From: an uncultured delta proteobacterium
Lineage (GTDB): Bacteria; Myxococcota_A; Polyangia; Polyangiales; Polyangiaceae
Reading direction: 5' to 3'
DNA length: 64,000 nt
Assembly: GCA_963850305.1 (NCBI GenBank)
Contig: CAWKKR010000001.1
Location: 832,001 to 896,000 of the forward strand
Both the position numbers and the translations under genes were made by a program. The notes beneath the pieces were generated by a model. It was given only the letters and a program-made list of their open reading frames with translations, was not told the origin of the DNA and did no database searches. Positions 34,756-45,115 of the stretch are shown here, in pieces; positions within the stretch are counted from its first letter, which is position 1; the number at the start of each line of letters is the position of its first letter.

Positions 34756-35751
34756 TTGGCAAAGACACGCATCTTCGCAATCGCGGCGCTGGTGGCGAGC
34801 TCTCTTTTCGAGCTCGATGGACAGGCGGCGCAGACGTTGAGGATCGGGACGATCGCGCCCCGCGGGTCGACGTGGGGCAAGGCGTTGGCGGCGTGGGAGA
34901 GAGTCGTTGCTGAAAAGACCCACGACGAGATTTCGCTGACCGTCTATTACAATGCCGTCCAGGGGGACGAGCAGACGATGGTGTCGAAGATGCGCACGGG
35001 CGAGCTCGACGGCGCCACTCTCAGCGCGATCGGTCTGTCACTCGTGTACCGCGACGTGATGGTATTGCAGCTCCCGGGCGTGACGAACTCCTGGTCCCTC
35101 GTCGATCTGGTGAGAAACGCGGTCAAGGATCCGATCGAAGCCGGCTTTAGAGCCGCGGGCTTCGATCTCGTGGGCTGGGGTGACATCGGCCTCGTTTATC
35201 AGATGAGCAAGGGCGTCGCGATAAGGCGCCCGGCGGACCTCCGCGGCCGTCGCCCCGTCGTCTGGCGCAATGAACCGATGGCCCCGCTGCTCTTTTCGCT
35301 CGTGGGCCAGGTCGTCCCGATCCCCCTCGATCCGATGGAGATTCTGCCGGCCCTTCGAGCGGGCACGATCGACGTCGTGGCCGCCCCGGCGCTAGCCGCG
35401 GAACAGCTCCAGTGGACCCCGTATCTCGATCACATCAACGATCAGATCGTGGTGGGCGCCGTGGGAGGGACCTTGATTCGCAGTTCGCGACTCGAAGCGA
35501 TTCCGGCCGACACGCGAGACATGCTCACCGAGCTCGAGAGACGCGTCGAGAGCGTGGAGAGTCAGAGGATCCGGCAGCTCGACGGAGAAGCTCGTGATCG
35601 ACTCATGCAGCGCATGACGGTCGTCCACTCCAGCGACGACGACAAGGTGGAGTGGTACAGGATCTTCCTGAAGGCGGTGAAGCAGATGCGCCACGGGCTC
35701 TTCTCTTCGAGTCTGATCGACGACGTCCTCGCGATCACCGGAAAAGGCTGA
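34756..35751 (+). CDS. dctP: TRAP transporter substrate-binding protein (DctP family), no DctQ/M nearby
   Basis: LRIGTIAPRGSTW, QGDEQTMVSKMRTGELDG, RPADLRG, EILPALRAGTID. Confidence 0.85.
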   Translation: MAKTRIFAIAALVASSLFELDGQAAQTLRIGTIAPRGSTWGKALAAWERVVAEKTHDEISLTVYYNAVQGDEQTMVSKMRTGELDGATLSAIGLSLVYRDVMVLQLPGVTNSWSLVDLVRNAVKDPIEAGFRAAGFDLVGWGDIGLVYQMSKGVAIRRPADLRGRRPVVWRNEPMAPLLFSLVGQVVPIPLDPMEILPALRAGTIDVVAAPALAAEQLQWTPYLDHINDQIVVGAVGGTLIRSSRLEAIPADTRDMLTELERRVESVESQRIRQLDGEARDRLMQRMTVVHSSDDDKVEWYRIFLKAVKQMRHGLFSSSLIDDVLAITGKG

Positions 35752-36014
35752 CGCGTCGGAGCGTCTGCCTCTCCAACGCGTCGTGCCGGAAGAATGATCC
35801 CGACCTGCTCCGGAACGATTTGCGGCCGGTTGGATTGGTGGAGCAGGCCGGGGTTGATGGTGAGTCGCACCAGGACCTCGACGTGATGAAAGGTGAGACG
35901 AGAAAATCCGAAGTCCGTCCTCAACGTCAGAATCCGCTGCAGGCGAAGTGAACGTGGCGACTCCCGTTCGACCACGGGACGACGCTGCGCGGTCCCGGGA
36001 TATAGTCCGAGGCA

Positions 36015-37943
36015 GTGCCTGAATCTTCGAATCCGCGCTTTCCGCTGGCTTTGAGCTCGGAACTGCTCGACGCCCTGCTCGCGACCGCGGACCTTGGCGG
36101 CGTCGGCATTTCGGTGGTCGCCATCGACGTTGATCCGCCCCAATGCCTGTTCGTGAACAAAGGGATCGCGGAAGTTCTCCACTACAGCATCCCCGAGCTG
36201 CTCGCGAAGCCGATCTGGGAGCTCATCGCGCCCAACGTCCGACCGGACGTCCTGAACCGGTACAAGGACCGGTTCTCCCGCCCACCACGAAGGGATCTCC
36301 TGGAGGTCTGGCTGCTCCGCAAGGATGGTGTGGCCATCCCATTTCAAACGACCACGTGCCGCGTCACGGTCGGCGGGCGCCCAGCGAACGCGACTTTCCT
36401 GGTCGACGTGTCGGAGCGAGTCGAATCCGCGGCGGCGCTCGCCGCTTCGGAGGGCCGGTTTCGCACCGCCGTCGAGTCCGCGCCGGACGGCGTGGTCATC
36501 TTGCGCGGGCCGAACATCCTCTATGCGAACTCCCGAGCTGCAACGCTACTCGCCAACGGAGACGTCAGCGGCATACTCGGTCACTCCGTGCTGGACTATC
36601 TGCAGCCCGAAGACGCGTTGCGAGCTCACGCGCGGATCATGGCGCTATTCAGGTCCGGGCAGCGCCACTCGGAGCCTGCGGAGTATCGCACGCGATCGTC
36701 GAACGGGCCCGTGAACGCCGTCGAGATTTCCTCGGTGCCCATCGAGTTCGAGGGCGCACCCGCTGTGCTCGCGTTCGCGCGCGACGTCACCGAACGGCGC
36801 GCCATGCACGAGAAGATGGTGCAGGCAGATCGACTGGCGGCAGTCGGAACGCTCGCCGCGGGCATCGCCCACGAGATCAACAACCCGCTCGCTTACGTTC
36901 TCCTCGGACTCCAGTATCTGCAGCGCGAGCTGCCGTCCGTCGCACATGATCCGAGCCGGCTTCCGGAGGCGCTGGCGCGACTCGGCGAGGTGCGCAACGG
37001 CGCCGAGCGGGTGGGAACCATCGTACGCGACCTGAAGACGTTCGCCAGAGCCGACGAGGTGGCGCGCGGCCCGGTCGACGTGGAGTCGGTAGTCGAGGCC
37101 GCACTGAAGATAGCCGACCACGAGATCCGGCACCGGGCGAGGTTGCTGCGAGATTACGCGCCGGTCCCACCGGTCGACGCGAACGCCGCCCGCCTCGAGC
37201 AGGTCTTTCTGAACCTGCTCGTCAACGCCGCGCACGCGGTGTCGGATGGCGACCCGGAGTCGAACGCGGTCACCTTGTCAATCCGGCCCGGAAGAGGCGC
37301 CACGGTGACGGTCGAGGTGACGGACAATGGTAGCGGCATCGCCGCCGACGTCCTCCACAGGGTCTTCGATCCGTTCTTCACCACGAAGCCCATCGGGGTG
37401 GGGACGGGGCTCGGGTTACCGATCTGCCGGAGCATCGTCGAGTCCTTCGGCGGCGAGATCGAGCTCGAGAGCGAACCCGGAACGCTGACGACCGCGCGCG
37501 TGACGCTGCCCGCGCATACGAAGGAGTTACCCAGGCTTGCTCCGAAGGCGCCGCCAGCTTCGTCGAGACCGGCGTCCTCGCGCACACGAATCCTGGTGAT
37601 CGATGATGAACCTCTCGTTGCAGAGCTGCTCCGCAGGTTACTCGCCGCCGAGCACGATGTGGTCGTCGCGACGAGCGGCCGCGAAGCCCTGACGACCCTC
37701 GAAACCAGTCCCTTCGACGCGATCGTATGCGACGTGATGATGCCGGGAATGACCGGCATGGAGCTTTATGCTGCCCTCAGTTCCAAGAACGAGGAACTTG
37801 CGAAAAGCATCGTGTTCATGACCGGTGGCGCCTTCGTGCCGCGCGTCGCCGAGTTTTTGTCCGCAATCGACAACCCCAAGATCGAAAAGCCATTCGACTT
37901 GGGCCAGTTGACCGCCGCTTTGAGGCGGGCCCGGGAGAGGTGA
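36015..37943 (+). CDS. Hybrid histidine kinase PAS-PAS-HisKA-HATPase-REC
   Basis: AGIAHEINNPL, QVFLNLLVNA, DNGSG, FFTTKPIGVGTGLGL, receiver ILVIDDE..CDVMMPGMTG..KPF. Confidence 0.93.
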   Translation: MPESSNPRFPLALSSELLDALLATADLGGVGISVVAIDVDPPQCLFVNKGIAEVLHYSIPELLAKPIWELIAPNVRPDVLNRYKDRFSRPPRRDLLEVWLLRKDGVAIPFQTTTCRVTVGGRPANATFLVDVSERVESAAALAASEGRFRTAVESAPDGVVILRGPNILYANSRAATLLANGDVSGILGHSVLDYLQPEDALRAHARIMALFRSGQRHSEPAEYRTRSSNGPVNAVEISSVPIEFEGAPAVLAFARDVTERRAMHEKMVQADRLAAVGTLAAGIAHEINNPLAYVLLGLQYLQRELPSVAHDPSRLPEALARLGEVRNGAERVGTIVRDLKTFARADEVARGPVDVESVVEAALKIADHEIRHRARLLRDYAPVPPVDANAARLEQVFLNLLVNAAHAVSDGDPESNAVTLSIRPGRGATVTVEVTDNGSGIAADVLHRVFDPFFTTKPIGVGTGLGLPICRSIVESFGGEIELESEPGTLTTARVTLPAHTKELPRLAPKAPPASSRPASSRTRILVIDDEPLVAELLRRLLAAEHDVVVATSGREALTTLETSPFDAIVCDVMMPGMTGMELYAALSSKNEELAKSIVFMTGGAFVPRVAEFLSAIDNPKIEKPFDLGQLTAALRRARER

Positions 37944-38165
37944 GCAACCATCGCTTGCCGTCGCCGGGAGTGTCGATGGGAATGGCGCCGCGCGTCGTGA
38001 ATAGCCGGCGCGACGCGGCTACCGAGGCCGGCGAGGAGGCGGAGACCGACGACGAGGCTCGCAAGGCCGGCAACCGAGCGAATAACACTTGTGGCTCGGA
38101 TGCGTCCCGCGACACAATGGAAACTAGCGGCGTCGGAAGCTCCGCTCATCGGCCTGGGAGCTGAG

Positions 38166-40409
38166 GTGAGATTGAAGTTCGTCTGGCTTTGGCTCTGTCC
38201 CCTGCTGCTGCCGCTGGCGTGTACCAGGCCTCAGGCTGGCGCTCATCGGCCGCCCCTTTCGACGGTATACGCCGGCGGAGTGACGGACGGCGGAGCCACG
38301 GCGCGAACGTGTGGCGACGTCGTCTGCGATCCCAACGCCACCTGTAACGGGTCCGAGGATGCGGCGCGATGCACGTGCGCGCCAGGCTTCTCGGGTGACG
38401 GAACGAAATGCACGGATATCGACGAGTGCGCGACCCCTTCGCAGAACGATTGCGACCCAAACGCCAACTGTACCAATGAACCTGGCCGCTATCTCTGCGT
38501 GTGCAAGACCGGCTTCCTCGGCGACGGCAAGACGTGCACTGGAGTCAACGAGTGCCAAGGCACGACCAATACCTGTGATCCCAACGCCATCTGCATCGAC
38601 TCGAACCCCGGATTTTCCTGCCAGTGCAAGCCCGGCTTCACTGGCGATGGATTCGGCTGCGCCGACATCGACGAGTGCGGCACGCCTTCGCTCTACTCGT
38701 GCCCCGCGAACGCCCACTGCGTGAACACTTTCGGGGGCTACACCTGCGCGTGCGATCCCGGATTTTCTGGCGACGGCACGGTCCTCTGCAAGAGCTTGTG
38801 TGACGCAGCGGAGACAGACCGGACGGTCTGCTCCGACGAAGGGCTCTGTCGCATCGAAGGACACAGCGGCGTGTGCGACGCATGCGCTCCCGGGACGACG
38901 GGCGATGGCAAGACGTGCGCGCCGTCGAACTGCGCCGCCCAGTGCGACGGAGTCGGCACGGACGACACGCCGCACACGGTTTGCGCGGCGAACGGGAGCT
39001 GCGCTTGCGCCCCGGGTTACCAGGGCACCCCTGGAAACTGTAGCGACGTGAACGAGTGCGCGACCGACAACGGGGGTTGCGGCATGGAAGGCGCGTGCAC
39101 GAACCTGGACGGGGGTTATGCGTGCGGATGCAAACCGGGGTACGCGCCGGATGCGAATGGCGCCTGCGCCGACATCGACGAGTGCGCGGCGACTCCAGGG
39201 CCGTGTCATCCCGACGCAACGTGCACTAACACGACACCGGATGCGTCCGGCGTCGGGTACACGTGCCAGTGCAAGCCAGGCTTCGAGGGTGACGGCACGG
39301 TCTGCGAAGACATCGACGAGTGCGCAACGAACAGGGGGGGCTGCGCAACCAATGCGACGTGCGTCAACGAGCCCGGCAGCTTCTCCTGCGAGTGCCAGGC
39401 GCCGCTGGTCGGTGATCCACAGAACTGCCACTGCGATCTCGGCGGCTTCTGGGCGATGCGCCAGGATCTCTCGACGTGCTGGAAGGGACGGCCGGTCGTG
39501 GAAGGAACGGACCAGGATCTGATCTCCCCAGGCAGCCTGGAGGCCACGGATTGGGAGCTCTACGACATCACGTACGATGGCTCCCAGATGATGGTGCGTC
39601 GCCAGGGTTGCGGCACGGACAAGACACCGGACCTCATCAGCCCCCTTTTTCGCGAGACGTACTCGTCCTACGTGCCCTTCGCGACGTTCGACGAGATCGG
39701 CCTGCCGAACGTCGGAGACACGTATTCGCTGGGCGGCCTGGTGCCGGGAAGCTCGTTCACGACGCCGAGCGCGGCAGCCGTCGTCGGCATCGATCTCGGC
39801 GCAGACCCCCTGAACGCTCCGTGGCCCGCACCCGGCGAGGTTGCCGACAGCCAGTGGCTGGATCCCGATGGGGATGGAGAGCCAGGTTTGACGTTCTGGC
39901 CGCGGGTGCCGAGCGAAGTCACGCAAACGGGGACTGAACATTACAGCTATCTGCCGACACAGCCCGCGATCGGAGGAAACTCGTTCTACGTGAACAAGCG
40001 GGCCGGATGCGTGAGCGTCGCGCTCCGCGTCGTTACGCATCTCGAGGCGCAGGTTCAGAGTTGCACGGAGATCGTAGGTACGGTCGTCAACGAGAAGAGC
40101 GAGGGGCGCGTCCACAGCTGTTCGGTCGTCGATAAGGGCACGTGTGACCCCAACAATCCCGAAAGCTGTTCCGGCTGGTCGAAGGACATCACGTGCAACG
40201 CGAGTGACTGGAGCGCGGCCACCCGCTGCACGGACGACGACGTCAGCGTCCTGGATGACGATCAGAATCAGGCGGCCAACAGTGTGGCCACTTTCGATCT
40301 CGTTCGGCTCGGCGACCCCGGCTCCGCGAAGACTTGTAATGACGTCCGCACCGCGCTCCCGGCGATCGTGCACGCGACGCCGGAAATTGCCTGCACCACG
40401 CCGCAATGA
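38166..40409 (+). CDS. Lipoprotein with multiple Ca-binding EGF-like repeats and a C-terminal domain
   Basis: GTG start, lipobox PLAC; repeated CxDIDEC...CxNxxGxYxCxCxxGFxGDG. Confidence 0.85.
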   Translation: MRLKFVWLWLCPLLLPLACTRPQAGAHRPPLSTVYAGGVTDGGATARTCGDVVCDPNATCNGSEDAARCTCAPGFSGDGTKCTDIDECATPSQNDCDPNANCTNEPGRYLCVCKTGFLGDGKTCTGVNECQGTTNTCDPNAICIDSNPGFSCQCKPGFTGDGFGCADIDECGTPSLYSCPANAHCVNTFGGYTCACDPGFSGDGTVLCKSLCDAAETDRTVCSDEGLCRIEGHSGVCDACAPGTTGDGKTCAPSNCAAQCDGVGTDDTPHTVCAANGSCACAPGYQGTPGNCSDVNECATDNGGCGMEGACTNLDGGYACGCKPGYAPDANGACADIDECAATPGPCHPDATCTNTTPDASGVGYTCQCKPGFEGDGTVCEDIDECATNRGGCATNATCVNEPGSFSCECQAPLVGDPQNCHCDLGGFWAMRQDLSTCWKGRPVVEGTDQDLISPGSLEATDWELYDITYDGSQMMVRRQGCGTDKTPDLISPLFRETYSSYVPFATFDEIGLPNVGDTYSLGGLVPGSSFTTPSAAAVVGIDLGADPLNAPWPAPGEVADSQWLDPDGDGEPGLTFWPRVPSEVTQTGTEHYSYLPTQPAIGGNSFYVNKRAGCVSVALRVVTHLEAQVQSCTEIVGTVVNEKSEGRVHSCSVVDKGTCDPNNPESCSGWSKDITCNASDWSAATRCTDDDVSVLDDDQNQAANSVATFDLVRLGDPGSAKTCNDVRTALPAIVHATPEIACTTPQ

Positions 40410-42139
40410 AGCGACGAGATCTCATGCGCCCCTCAATCTGGCTCGGTACGCTATTCGTTTGTTCAATCCCCGCCGTAGCTAGGGCAAACGGCCTCGATCT
40501 AATGCCGGGGGGCAACCAATCCGTCGCGCGTGGAGGAGCCGTCGCGGCGCGCGCGGAGGACCCGATGGTTCTCCTCAACGACCCGGCGGGACTTGCTTAC
40601 CTGCACGGCAACCAGATCCTCTTCGACGTGAACGTGGAATATCATTCGATGTGCGTGAAGCCGTATGGATACTATGGCTGGGGCGCCTACGGGAACGCGA
40701 GTTCGGAGTTCGGCGACCCCCTGAAGGTCGATAACCCGACACACCCGACCATCGGCGCAACCTACGCGACCACTCCGCTCCCACAGGTGTGCAACTCCGC
40801 CCCGGAGACGCCGGTTCCGCAGCTTGCCTGGGCGGGGCGTATCACCAAGCGGCTAGCGATCGGCTTCGGTCAGCTGGCACCGGTCGTCGTCGGAGGGCTC
40901 CAGTATGGCGGCGCCGATGGCACCATCCAGACTCCCTACGGCCCGCGCCCGACGCCTACGCGGTATAGCCTCGTGAAGCAGGACGCGACCTTCGCGCTGT
41001 CGCCGGTGATCGGCGCGGCGTATCGGTTTCTCGATCAATTGAGCGCCGGGCTCTCATTGCAAATCCTAATGGTGAAGGCCGAGGCGACAGAAGTGCAAAA
41101 CGAGGTCAGCGGAACCCAGCCATCGACGGACTGGCTCGCACACCTGACGGCCCAGGACTACTTCATTCCGTCGGTTACGTTCTCGGTCCATGCCAAGCCG
41201 ATCCGCGCCCTGGACCTCGTCGCGACGTTTCATTACACGGACAATTTCCGCGGGTCAGGGCAGGTCACCTACGAGACCAACACCTTTCATCGTGGAGCAA
41301 CCTCGGGGCCCGTTCCGTACGTCAACGCGCCGATCGCGCTCGACCAGGTGACCGTCGGCCAGCCGTGGCAACTGACGACCGCGATCAGATACGCCGGAAT
41401 GTTGCCCGGCGATCCTCCGGCGCCCAGCGCCGACCGACCCGCTGCCGGTGACCCCATGGACACGGAGTTATGGGATGCAGAGGTCGATGTTGGCTACACG
41501 TTGAATGGGCTAGCGCGAGACTCCGTCAACGTCGGTCACGACGTGACGGTGAAGACGGAGACCGCGAACGGGACGATCGGCAGCGTGACGACTTCGGGCC
41601 TCCCGGAATTCCAGATCGATCCGCACGGCGAGACGTCGTATTCCATTCGCGTCGGCGGTAGCTACTCCATCGTTCCCAGGACGGCCGCGATTCACGCGGG
41701 ATGTTTCTATGAAAGCCGCGGCGTTCAGCCCGCGTACGCCGACATCGACACTTTCGCTTTTCAACGGATCGGCGTCGGCCTCGGCTTCGTCGTCCGGCTT
41801 GGCAAGGTAGATTTACGGGGCGGCTATTCGCACATTTTTTCCGAAACGTTGGACGTCGCGCCTCCACCGAACCAGCCCGTTGAAGATGCCCAGGCGGGCA
41901 ATCCGCAGAGCGGCTTCGACGAACGCGTGGGGGGCACGTTCGGGCAAGACGGAACGCGACGCGGCGGGGTGGTCCTGACGGATCCATCCGCGCCGTCGCC
42001 TTCCAATGCCGACGCAACGGCGGCGAAGACCCAGGCCTCGGCGATCGCGACGGCGTCGCGCCCCGACCGAGTCATCAATGCCGGCAAATACACCGCGGCC
42101 TTCAACGTGGTCTCCGTTGGCATCGCCTACCACTTTTGA
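40406..42139 (+). CDS. FadL/OmpP1-like outer membrane transport protein
   Basis: ATGA coupling; signal peptide; SVARGGAVAA..D..NDPAGLA hatch motif; terminal YHF. Confidence 0.8.
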   Translation: MKRRDLMRPSIWLGTLFVCSIPAVARANGLDLMPGGNQSVARGGAVAARAEDPMVLLNDPAGLAYLHGNQILFDVNVEYHSMCVKPYGYYGWGAYGNASSEFGDPLKVDNPTHPTIGATYATTPLPQVCNSAPETPVPQLAWAGRITKRLAIGFGQLAPVVVGGLQYGGADGTIQTPYGPRPTPTRYSLVKQDATFALSPVIGAAYRFLDQLSAGLSLQILMVKAEATEVQNEVSGTQPSTDWLAHLTAQDYFIPSVTFSVHAKPIRALDLVATFHYTDNFRGSGQVTYETNTFHRGATSGPVPYVNAPIALDQVTVGQPWQLTTAIRYAGMLPGDPPAPSADRPAAGDPMDTELWDAEVDVGYTLNGLARDSVNVGHDVTVKTETANGTIGSVTTSGLPEFQIDPHGETSYSIRVGGSYSIVPRTAAIHAGCFYESRGVQPAYADIDTFAFQRIGVGLGFVVRLGKVDLRGGYSHIFSETLDVAPPPNQPVEDAQAGNPQSGFDERVGGTFGQDGTRRGGVVLTDPSAPSPSNADATAAKTQASAIATASRPDRVINAGKYTAAFNVVSVGIAYHF

Positions 42140-42182
42140 GTACACGGGGGACGCTCTCGCATCGGATTGACCTAGGTAGACG

Positions 42183-42211
42183 TTGAAACAGACGCAAATT
42201 GAGTCCATTCT
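42183..42211 (+). promoter_or_regulatory. Candidate sigma70-type promoter
   Basis: TTGAAA-N17-CATTCT about 40 nt upstream of ATG 42254. Confidence 0.3.
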
Positions 42212-42253
42212 CACAATGGGCAGGCGCGTCCCGGTCTTCGGAGATGTGATTTC

Positions 42254-44764
42254 ATGAGCTCCATCATTCGCTTCGTCAGAGGCACGTCGTGGTCGTTATC
42301 CTTGCTTCTGGCCGTCGGCTGCGGCGGGCAGAGTGAATCCACCAACTCGCCCGGTGGGGGTGGAGGAGACGCTGGTCCCAGCGGCTCCAGCGGAGGCTCG
42401 AAATTCGTGGACGCCGCCGCGGGCGGCAGCGCGACGAGCGCCGGTGGAGCGGCCGGGTCCAGCACCGGCGGCCTTGGCTCGGGTGCCGGTGGAGCAGGTA
42501 ATGCCAGCGGCGGCTCGAGCGGGAACGTCGGCACCGGTGGCGCGTCCACGGCAGGTGGGAGCGACGGCGGCTCGGTCGACGCCGGACGTACGGCAAACGC
42601 AGGGAGTTGCGAAATCGGAGCCGACTGCTCGAGCGGCCATTGCGTCGGGGGAGTGTGCTGCGCGCTCCCGTGCGATACGCCCGGAACCTGCCAGGCGGAA
42701 GAAGGGACCACGTGCCCCGGAGGTACTGCGTGTCACTACGGTACCGCTCAGGACAACGCGCCCTGCACAACCGCCGATCTGTGCTCCCTGGCGAGTTGCT
42801 ACGCCGGACAATGTTCCGTCACTGGTCCGAAGTGCGCTGGCGACGGCGGCAACGACGCTTGCCACCCGGATGTGTGCGACCCGACAACGGGCGCGTGTAG
42901 CCAGGGGGTGCTGTCCTGCGATGATGGCAATCCATGCACGAAGGATACCTGCGACGCGACGCTCGGGTGCCTGCATACGGACAACAACGCTGGCAGCTGC
43001 ACTGACGGGGATTCCTGCACCAACGACAAGTGTACCGGCGGCGTGTGCGTGAGTACGCCCGTCGACTGCTCGTCGCTCACGAACGATTGCAACGTCGGTG
43101 CGTGCACGAACGGAACCTGTCACGCACAAGCGGCGAACGACAAGGGCGCGTGCACGGACGGCCTGGACGCCTGCAGCACAACCGGCGTTTGCAAGCTACA
43201 AGGCGGCAAGGAAACATGCGTTGGTAACGACGATGCGTGCGGGGCGCTTGCCGCGAGCTGCGCAACCTGTACGTCCGGTGCCGGCTGCACGTCGGGGCGC
43301 GATTGTACGTGCCAGACCGCGACGGGCGGCGCCGAACCCATCATTGTCGTCAACGGCGTCTGTGTCAGCGACTCGGACGAGTGCAACACAAACCCCTGCT
43401 CGCCACTGGCGAAGTGCGTCGATCCGACGCCGGACGGCTCGGTGACGGGCGATTACACGTGCACCTGCCCCTCGGGCTATACCGGAAACGGCAAGGGCGC
43501 GTCCGGTTGCACCGACATCAACGAATGTTCCGGTAAGAATCCGTGCGGGGCAGGGGTGGCCACCAACGGGTGCAACGGACTCTCACCACCGGGCAGCTAT
43601 AGCTGCACTTGCAAAACCGGTTATCGCTCGGTCCAGACATCGACCGGCCCGATCTGCGCGTGCGACATGTCCGGTACCTACGGCCTCGTGACCGAGAACC
43701 AGGTGGCCTGGAGCGAGGTGCAAAACGCCATCGAGGCGTCTCCGACGGGCGGCGTGACGACGTACTCCTGGGCACTTCGCTATCAGACCGTCGCGACGAA
43801 CGGAGCGATGACGGTGACGACGGTACCGTGCGGCGGCACCGCACCGGTGCTCTGCGACACGGCCTTCAAGTTCGCTCACGCGCAGTACCAGCCCGACGAG
43901 TCCTGGGGCATGGCGAAGATGCGGTCCGGCTTTCCCCCGCAAACCGTCGGCACCGCGGCCATGGCCAACGCCGTCCCGGGTTCCACCACCTACGCTGAAC
44001 CGCAGGCGACCGCGCTCATGGGCATCACGCTCGCGAGTCCGTCCGGTGCGTGGCCGCCTTGCCGTGAGTGCGTCGGCGTCGCGGCGGGCGCAACGTGCAC
44101 GTGTCCAGGCTCGGCTACCAAGTACACGGTCACGAACGCCGCGGCTTGGTGGGACAACGCGGAAGGCACGGGCCAGCTGGGCGTCACGACGGTGGACGTG
44201 CCGCGCGGAGGCCGGACAATCAACGGCACGCCCCCGGATCCCCCCATCGGATACACGGAGCCCTCCGAATGTCCTCGCCTCGCGACACCGACGGCAACCT
44301 ACGGCTACTCCGAGTGGCCCGGCCTCGACACCAACGGAGCAGGCTTCAGAGCCTATCAGTGGTCGGTCGCCTCTCGAGTGATAAGTCAGCTCAAAGCGTC
44401 GACGGTGACTTTCAACACCACGACGAACTCTTGCTCCCTGGCCGGCACCATCGGAGGTCCCGATTCGGGAAAGGCGCACACGGACGGGCGCGTCGAGGGT
44501 TGCGAGAAGTGCAAGGACTCGCTCACTACGCTGAACACGTGCGTCGACGGTGGCGCGTGTACCGCCGCCGAAGTGGACTCGTATGACGATGTCGGTCAGA
44601 CGCAGCAGGTCGTGTCCGCCACCTTCACTCTCACGAAGCTCTCCACCGACCTCGGCGCGATCCTCGCCGAAACTGGCGCGGCCCAGCAGACCGATCTCAC
44701 CAACGCTTGCAATGCGCTCCGCAGCGCGAACTGCCCGTCCGGCGACACGTGCACCGTGCCTTGA
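42254..44764 (+). CDS. Cys-rich lipoprotein with Gly/Ser linker, EGF-like repeats and C-terminal domain paralogous to 38166-40409
   Basis: Lipobox AVGC; CDDGNPCTKDTC and CTDINEC repeats; shared C-domain motifs. Confidence 0.82.
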   Translation: MSSIIRFVRGTSWSLSLLLAVGCGGQSESTNSPGGGGGDAGPSGSSGGSKFVDAAAGGSATSAGGAAGSSTGGLGSGAGGAGNASGGSSGNVGTGGASTAGGSDGGSVDAGRTANAGSCEIGADCSSGHCVGGVCCALPCDTPGTCQAEEGTTCPGGTACHYGTAQDNAPCTTADLCSLASCYAGQCSVTGPKCAGDGGNDACHPDVCDPTTGACSQGVLSCDDGNPCTKDTCDATLGCLHTDNNAGSCTDGDSCTNDKCTGGVCVSTPVDCSSLTNDCNVGACTNGTCHAQAANDKGACTDGLDACSTTGVCKLQGGKETCVGNDDACGALAASCATCTSGAGCTSGRDCTCQTATGGAEPIIVVNGVCVSDSDECNTNPCSPLAKCVDPTPDGSVTGDYTCTCPSGYTGNGKGASGCTDINECSGKNPCGAGVATNGCNGLSPPGSYSCTCKTGYRSVQTSTGPICACDMSGTYGLVTENQVAWSEVQNAIEASPTGGVTTYSWALRYQTVATNGAMTVTTVPCGGTAPVLCDTAFKFAHAQYQPDESWGMAKMRSGFPPQTVGTAAMANAVPGSTTYAEPQATALMGITLASPSGAWPPCRECVGVAAGATCTCPGSATKYTVTNAAAWWDNAEGTGQLGVTTVDVPRGGRTINGTPPDPPIGYTEPSECPRLATPTATYGYSEWPGLDTNGAGFRAYQWSVASRVISQLKASTVTFNTTTNSCSLAGTIGGPDSGKAHTDGRVEGCEKCKDSLTTLNTCVDGGACTAAEVDSYDDVGQTQQVVSATFTLTKLSTDLGAILAETGAAQQTDLTNACNALRSANCPSGDTCTVP

Positions 44765-45115
44765 CGGACCCGATCACGACCGTTACCCCTGCTCGAGGGG
44801 ACGCGAGCCGTGAGCTTCGCGCGGCGAACGACCGCCGCACGCTTCGTCGATGAAGCTTCTGAGGCGTCGAACGGTTTCGGCGATTCCAGTCCCCGATCCC
44901 GTCTGACCGGACGTGCTGTTGGCTGGCCGGCTCGGGCGGTCCGCCTCGGGCGCGAATGGGGCAGCGAAGGCCATGCAGGCCTTTCCAGCAAGGCTCATGC
45001 CGCTGCGCGTCGATGGAAAGTTCAGCCAAATTCAATGCCTACGGGCCCGGACTGCGCAAGATTACCACGGTCCCAATGTACGTTCATTGCACACATCGCC
45101 ATCATCAAACGGCGG

